Source of the DNA: Bilabrum cf. latius
Taxonomy: Eukaryota
Direction: 5' to 3'
Assembly (NCBI GenBank): GCA_965178125.1
Contig: OZ237740.1
Location: 1,054,001 to 1,118,000, forward strand
DNA length: 64,000 nucleotides
Positions 58,541 to 64,000 of the stretch are shown here, in pieces. The position numbers and the translations under genes are program-made. The notes beneath the pieces are model-generated. The model searched no databases. It saw only the letters and a list, made by a program, of their open reading frames with translations, and was not told where the DNA came from. The stretch's first letter is position 1; every line of letters starts with the position of its first letter.

Positions 58541-61537
58541 TCACGCAGTTGTGGGGAGCCCGGGCTCCTCACATTCCTCCAGCACATCGGCGATGATCTC
58601 AGCCGGGGCCCACGGCTGGAACTCTTCCTCTAGAAGTTCCTCCAGCGCCACCGCCTCGGCGCGGGTGCCCCCACCTCGCGCCACCAGTGCCCTCCGCGGG
58701 CCATCGCTGGCACCAGCCGCTCCTGAGGGCAAGAAGCCCTCACCTGCTGGCCGCATCGGGTCCACCACCCGCACGTTCTCGTCCGCAACCCAGCCGCCGC
58801 CCACCAGCCCGTAAGGAGACTTGAGAAACTCGTCCATTTCTTGAGGAGTGTCCGCGTCCACCTGCCCCGGACACGCGCCGTACTCCCGGCTGGAGCTCAC
58901 GCCCTGCCGATCGGCCGCACCACCCATAAGCCTAGACTCGCTGGCCCCTGGGCCAAAGAGCTGATCCCAGCCGTCGCCTCCAGGGACGTCCATCACCTCC
59001 TTGGCCGTGGCGGGACGGATGCGGTGGGCGAGGCACGGTAGTGCTGCCGACCTGACGTCAGCGGTGGTCACGTAGTTCCGCCCAAACCGCACTGCGCACA
59101 GCCTGGCGAACTGCAGCAGATCCTCGCCACCCCTAGGCCCCGCTCCCTGGAACACCGCAGGGTGCCCTGCGATGCCCCGCAGCACTGCGTGCACCATGTC
59201 GCCGACCGCCCTGGCCACCGGCTGCGCCTGCAGGGAGAGAAGCGCGGTGGCGTGCTTGCCCCCGATACCCAGCGCGCCCAGCCCCATGGCGTCCACTCTG
59301 GCCATGTCCGCGTCGCTCATGCTCATCCTGGGCCCAATTCCCGGCCCCGCGACGTCGCCGTTAAATCCCTCGTACAGCACGGAGGAGTACTCTGTGCCCG
59401 AGGGGGAGCCTGTCTGCCGAGACAAAGACATCTGCGTGGGCGTGCTGTGGTCGGGCGAGCCATGGGCTGCCTCGGGCGTGTCCCGGGTAGCACCCTGCAG
59501 AGGGGGCCTGCTTTGACCTGGTCCTGGCTGCTGCAGTCTCTGCTGCTGCCTGTCATTGTCCAGTCGGTCGAGCGCGGTAAGATTCCCCCCGGCAGCAGCT
59601 GTCGCGAGCCCGGATGTGACATTCCCGTCGTTGTCCTGTCCTTGCCCCCCATCCAGCACTGCCTTCGGAGTGAAGGGTTCCAGCAGCCCACCGCTGACAG
59701 TGGGCGTGTCGTCCCCGTGACCTGCACTGGATCTCAGCGGGTCTCCGTTCCGGACAGTCCCGTCGCTGCTGGCACCTTGCTGGGATAAGTGCTCGCCATC
59801 ACCTGCCTTGGCCTCCTCTTGCTCCAGCAAGCCCTTTGTACCCGACCCATCGTGCAGCGAGGATACCTTCTTGGGCGAAAAGCTGGCGGGAGGCCCGCTC
59901 CGTGAGCCCTGCCGCGGCCTGTCGGCCTCCCCCCCTGGTAGGGGTGGTGGCGGGGGGGGAGACTCTACCTGACTACCCCTGCCTCCGACTCCGATTTTGA
60001 CCCGCCCACCCCTCTCTTTCTGCCCAAGCGCGCCCCCGCTGCCAGATTCTTCATCTTCACGCAAATCCAAGCGGGAGCCGCCTCGGCTGCCATCTGTGGC
60101 TCGTGCACGCCTCCCGTGCGCCTCGTGCTACTAGCCGGCCGCGCTGTGCAGATCCACTCCGCCCCGACCAGCCTGGCCGCTTCGTTCCCGTGGCAGCCCG
60201 GGCAGAGTGCCCTGCAGCGGCCCCTGACCTCCAGCCGGCGCGACCCCCCCCGTGCTCTCCTTGTCGCCGCCCTGCTCCTACTGCTCCTCCTGCTGCACCG
60301 CCGGACGCGCTTGCTGCCCGCCCACTGCGGCTGTAGAGTACGCCACCGATCCATCGTCATCATTGCCCTCTAGCTCCTGCTACTCATCGCCACCAGGTGC
60401 TGGAGCGGCACGTGTGGTTCCATGCATGGCCAGCGAGGCTTCACCTGATGCGTGCTGGTGCTGCTGCTGCCGGAGGTCTGACACTGGTGTGTTTCGAGTG
60501 CTTCCCACGCCATGAAGCAGGCCGAGCCCGCCGCGGGCCTGATTTGCGACAGCGCTGCCACTGCCGGTGCCAGTGCCCTTGCCAGTGCCTGTGTGGGCCA
60601 TGGTGCTGGGGCCACTCGTGGGCGGCTGCTCGCTCGCTCGGCTCATCCTGCCCGGCTCCCCTCCGGTCGCTGAGCTGCTCGTTCCCTCCACTGTCTGCAA
60701 CAGATGCGGTTGCTCAAATGCGGATGTCAGTGCAGACACGCACGTGAAACTGCTGGCCACTTCCGGAATCACGGCCTCGCTCTCCAGATCATTCAGTAGC
60801 GCGCCCTGGGTCGTCGGGTGGTCGGACCTGCCCATTTCTTCGTCTTCCGGAGCAAACGACGTTGGTGGACGGGTAGCAATGATAATCGTGCGAGGTGAAA
60901 GTCTGTGCACGACCTATTCAACGACGAGTGTTCCTGTCCCAAGGCCCTGGCCCTGCCTGCTCTCCGGCGGCACCTCTGGAAGGGAATACTAGCCCGTCTC
61001 CAGAACCTCCCGCAATGCATGCTGGAACGAGGAATCAGCCTTATGCAGTGACTGTACCAATACAATGCGAAACTAGGACGTGTCATTGTCCTGGAGTCCA
61101 ACCAATGTGACATTCAGGTCTATAGGCCGGAAGCTCTCGCTGGCGCAGTCTATGCACACGCATGCCGTTCGAGGTGACCCTTCCTGTGGTGGCGATGCTA
61201 ACGAAATAACTGCAAGCCGAATAGCCGGCGTGGCCATGTCGAGACCGTCAGGGACCTCTAGCAACAGGCTCGGTACTCGAAAATCCTAGTAGTGGCCTAT
61301 CGACTTTGAGTTGGATTCGCACTGAATTGCTAGCGGGTGCAATTCTCGAAGCAGCTGCAATTTCTGGGATCGAAATGCGATTTCTCTGTCCTGCTGAGCC
61401 TGCCTCAGCGTTTGTCGCCGGGGTGATGTCTGGCCGCCACTGCCAGGATGCATGCCAGGTGATGGACTGTACTACAGGTACCGCCGAGGAGACACGCCAG
61501 CTGACCGATCCCCGAGAGTCCCAGCATCTGATTGCAT
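58541..61537 (-). CDS. MoxR-like AAA+ protein, apparently catalytically degenerate (~998 aa)
   Basis: MoxR-type lid GAGPRGGEDLLQFARLCAVRFGRNYVTTADVRSAALPCLAHRI; Walker-B region IVLVQSLHKADSSFQHALREVLETG*Y. Nine TAGs (61472, 61286, 61073, 60989, 60914, 60380, 60278, 60131, 60128); stop TGA 58541. Confidence 0.7.
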
Positions 61538-61730
61538 CGCAGATATTTGGGCTTGAACCAGTCAAACGATATGCCACGGTTTCCTAGACCGCAGCCAGGT
61601 ATTCCCGGTCGGCGAATCCGAGTCGTCGGAATCCGTCCTCACGTGTTGTGTAGAGCGATCAATAACCGAAGCCCGCAGCAATATTCTGATTGATCGCTTC
61701 TGTACCACCTAGTTATTGCTCGGATCTTTG

Positions 61731-63707
61731 ATGGGAGCCGTAGTAGTCCCGTGGGCATTCTTGCTACCGAGTCTGCTTGCTCTGCGGCACGCAGCACTCG
61801 CTCAATCAACACCTGTCTACGGCAAGGATTACTCGGGTCTTGACTACAATATCTCGTATTGGTCCAGTCCCGTTTCAAAGAGTGCAAACCATTGGAAAGC
61901 AGCCGCAATTGAATGTGAAAACCATTGCGAGAATGACTAGCATTGCTGCGCCTGGACGTACTGCACGCCAGAAGGAGGTCCAAAGGATCCTGAACGATGC
62001 TGTAAGAAGTACGGCCTCCCGAACGAAGTGTCTGCGACGACGCACTGGACGGGTCTTTCAAGCCGGGGGTAGGCCGGCAACTGCAGCGCGTGGGCTCCCT
62101 GGTCCGAGCCCAGGATCCACTTCACGTCAAAGTGCTTGCAGCAGGGTGGCTGGCACGATATCGCGGCATCCATCTCGATCGATGCTGCGCACGAGCCGGG
62201 TGCTTATGCCGGCCTCCGGCACCACGTGTTTCAAGGGTGTCCGCTCGCTGGAGGCTGGCACCACGCCTCCTCGAACGACTTTGTCCACTGGCAGGACCAA
62301 GGCATGGCCGTGACCGAGTGGCCTGAGCCATGGGGAGAGTCGTCACCCTGCAGCGGGTTTGCCGCCCTGTTTCCCAGCTGGCAGCCGGGGCGGCCCAAGA
62401 CATAGATTTGCGCGGGGTACCGTCAGTGCTAGAGCAAGCGTGGTATCGGGCCCAACCCATGGAACGTTCCCCTCGAGGTTCGCTGCACAGAAGGAAGCGA
62501 GCCCGGGGGGAACACGTCATGGGGCGCGCCGGAATACCTCTTCGACGTCTTCTTCAACCGTGCACTCCCTTACGACCCGGTGCGGCCTTGGGTGGACGAG
62601 GATGGGAGATGGTACACGGCTATCTCCATGGATGGCTGCAACGGGACCGCGCGCGGTGATTGCGCAAGCAAAGGGGGCCGCATGGTACTGTGGTCCGCAA
62701 CGGTACCCAGGGGTCCAGCAGCTGACTGGGCACTGGTTGGCACGCTCTTCGAGTCGAACAAGACCGTGCTCACTCCCAAGGGGGAGGGGACCGTCCTGGA
62801 CAAGGAGTTCGTGACTTCCAACTATTTCGGTGCCGTGCCCGGGGACCCGCTCGGTGGTCGCACTCGTGTGTTTACGAATAATGTGGGCGGGTTGGGCTGC
62901 TGCAGTGGCACAACAGGGTATTTTTTGGGCACGCAGTCTGGCCCGGGCGCCCAGCTGCTGGTGAACGAGTCCTCGCCGCACCACATGGGCATGCTGGACT
63001 GGGCCGCGTTCCTACCTGATCAAGCCGCCATCGCGAAAGGAGCCAAGGGAGCAATGGCCCTGCTTGGCACTGGCACCCGCGGCTTCAGCATGGCCAGGAC
63101 GCTGGGCAGCCCCGACGCCGACCAGGTCCTGCACCCTGGGCGACGAGTCGTCGTGGGGTGGCTTGGCATGACGCCGGCCATGCAAAGTCTGCCCAGGGAC
63201 ATTTCGCTCTCGTCGGAAGGAGAGCTGCTGCAGGCATTCGTGCCTGAGCTCGTGACCCTGAGGAAGCAGGCAGAGCCAGATCCAGGACGTGGTGCGGGAG
63301 GAGCACTGGCGCTGTCCGAAGATGATGTGCTCGGCCAGGGCCTGCAGATGGAGCTGGTTGTGGACGTGCTGCCTGCGACAGCTAATGAGACAATGGGAAT
63401 CGTGGTGCAAGAAGACCCGACCAAGGAAGGAGCCAGCGGTGTCAAGATCCTAGTAGATCCCAAGACTGAGCTCCTTCACGTCCTCGACCGTGCCGGACCC
63501 CTGCCCCCGGCAGGCGGCAGTGGGGCTGCGGGATGGCGCCTGCACGTCTTCGTGGACGGCAGCTCGATCGAAGTCATATGCAACAACCGCACTGCCCTTG
63601 CGGTGCAGGTTCCTGCCCGCGAGGGGTGCATGGAGTGCAACCAGGCGCGGCTGCTCAAGGGCACCAAGGTGGCCAGCGCGGTGGCGTGGCCCCTCGATCC
63701 GATCTGA
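61731..63707 (+). CDS. Secreted GH32-like (beta-fructofuranosidase fold) glycoside hydrolase with an N-terminal PAN/apple-like domain
   Basis: Signal peptide; CENHCEND*HCCAWTYC; PRIHF...GWHDIAA, WHHASSNDFVHW, YDP, GRRVVVGW, QSLPRDI and LHVFVDGSSIEV. TAGs at 61938, 62070, 62403 and 62430; ends TGA. Confidence 0.82.
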
Positions 63708-64000
63708 GGGACACCGGTGTGCGTCACTGCCGGGCTGCACAAGCAGCGCATGATTGCTGAATACTGATGATGAAAACTCAAATTGGACAGAACTAGATTG
63801 TGCCTGCAAAGCAAAGGAAGGGCTTACACACATTGTGGACCCGCCACGGAGCAGCTCGGCCTTGCTAGCGTTGCTCAGCTTTCCTGCGGGTCCGGCTTAG
63901 CTTCGGTCGCAGCCGCTGGCCCTTGCTGTCTCTGGGCCAGCACGCCTGCCAACCCGCCCGCGCTCGCACGAGCACCCCAAGCCCCGCCAGGCTTCGCGAC

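Noticed and set aside
1-63707. Mass pseudogenisation as the cause of the broken ORFs
   Set aside because: All interruptions are TAG, none are TAA/TGA or frameshifts, and they hit genes such as eIF4G at Gln positions.
1-63707. TAG as pyrrolysine, Leu, Glu or Tyr, or as programmed readthrough
   Set aside because: The conserved columns and the CAG/TAG paralogue pair point to Gln; up to 18 TAGs per gene and tandem TAGTAG are incompatible with leaky readthrough.
1-64000. Suppressor tRNA-Gln(CUA), rRNA or eRF1 gene in the window
   Set aside because: None recognised by eye; the decoding machinery probably lies elsewhere in the genome.

Overview
Gene-dense, GC-rich nuclear DNA from a unicellular eukaryote: short GT-AG introns clustered near 5' ends, and genes for eIF4G, a HECT ligase, a PCGF-like RING protein and a sorting nexin. 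The taxon cannot be fixed from sequence alone. The main result is a non-standard genetic code. The supplied ORF track is fragmented because roughly 100 in-frame TAG codons (manual count) interrupt otherwise intact genes. Reading through TAG joins the fragments into 19 host genes and 2 retroelement ORFs; the 20 whose 3' end lies in the window stop at TGA (18) or TAA (2). At conserved positions TAG sits where homologues have Gln (eIF4G RFLC*DVLD, SLC35F AY*YT, kinase MGNE*S), and an internal duplicated segment has CAG in one copy and TAG in the other. The inference is UAG=Gln with UAA and UGA still stops, a rare uncoupling of UAA and UAG. Other points: (1) a ~60-aa piece of the eIF4G N-terminus, resembling a PABP-binding motif, is duplicated inside a neighbouring RGG-rich HECT E3 ligase; (2) a 5.6-kb composite retrotransposon insertion contains a CRE-like RT/RLE element whose ORF itself uses 10 TAG codons, flanked by (TTTCAGA)n tails and nested candidate TSDs; (3) a near-perfect 2 x 1818-bp tandem duplication has faint integrase/chromodomain-like remnants. 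Homologue motifs quoted here are recalled from family knowledge, not from a database search.
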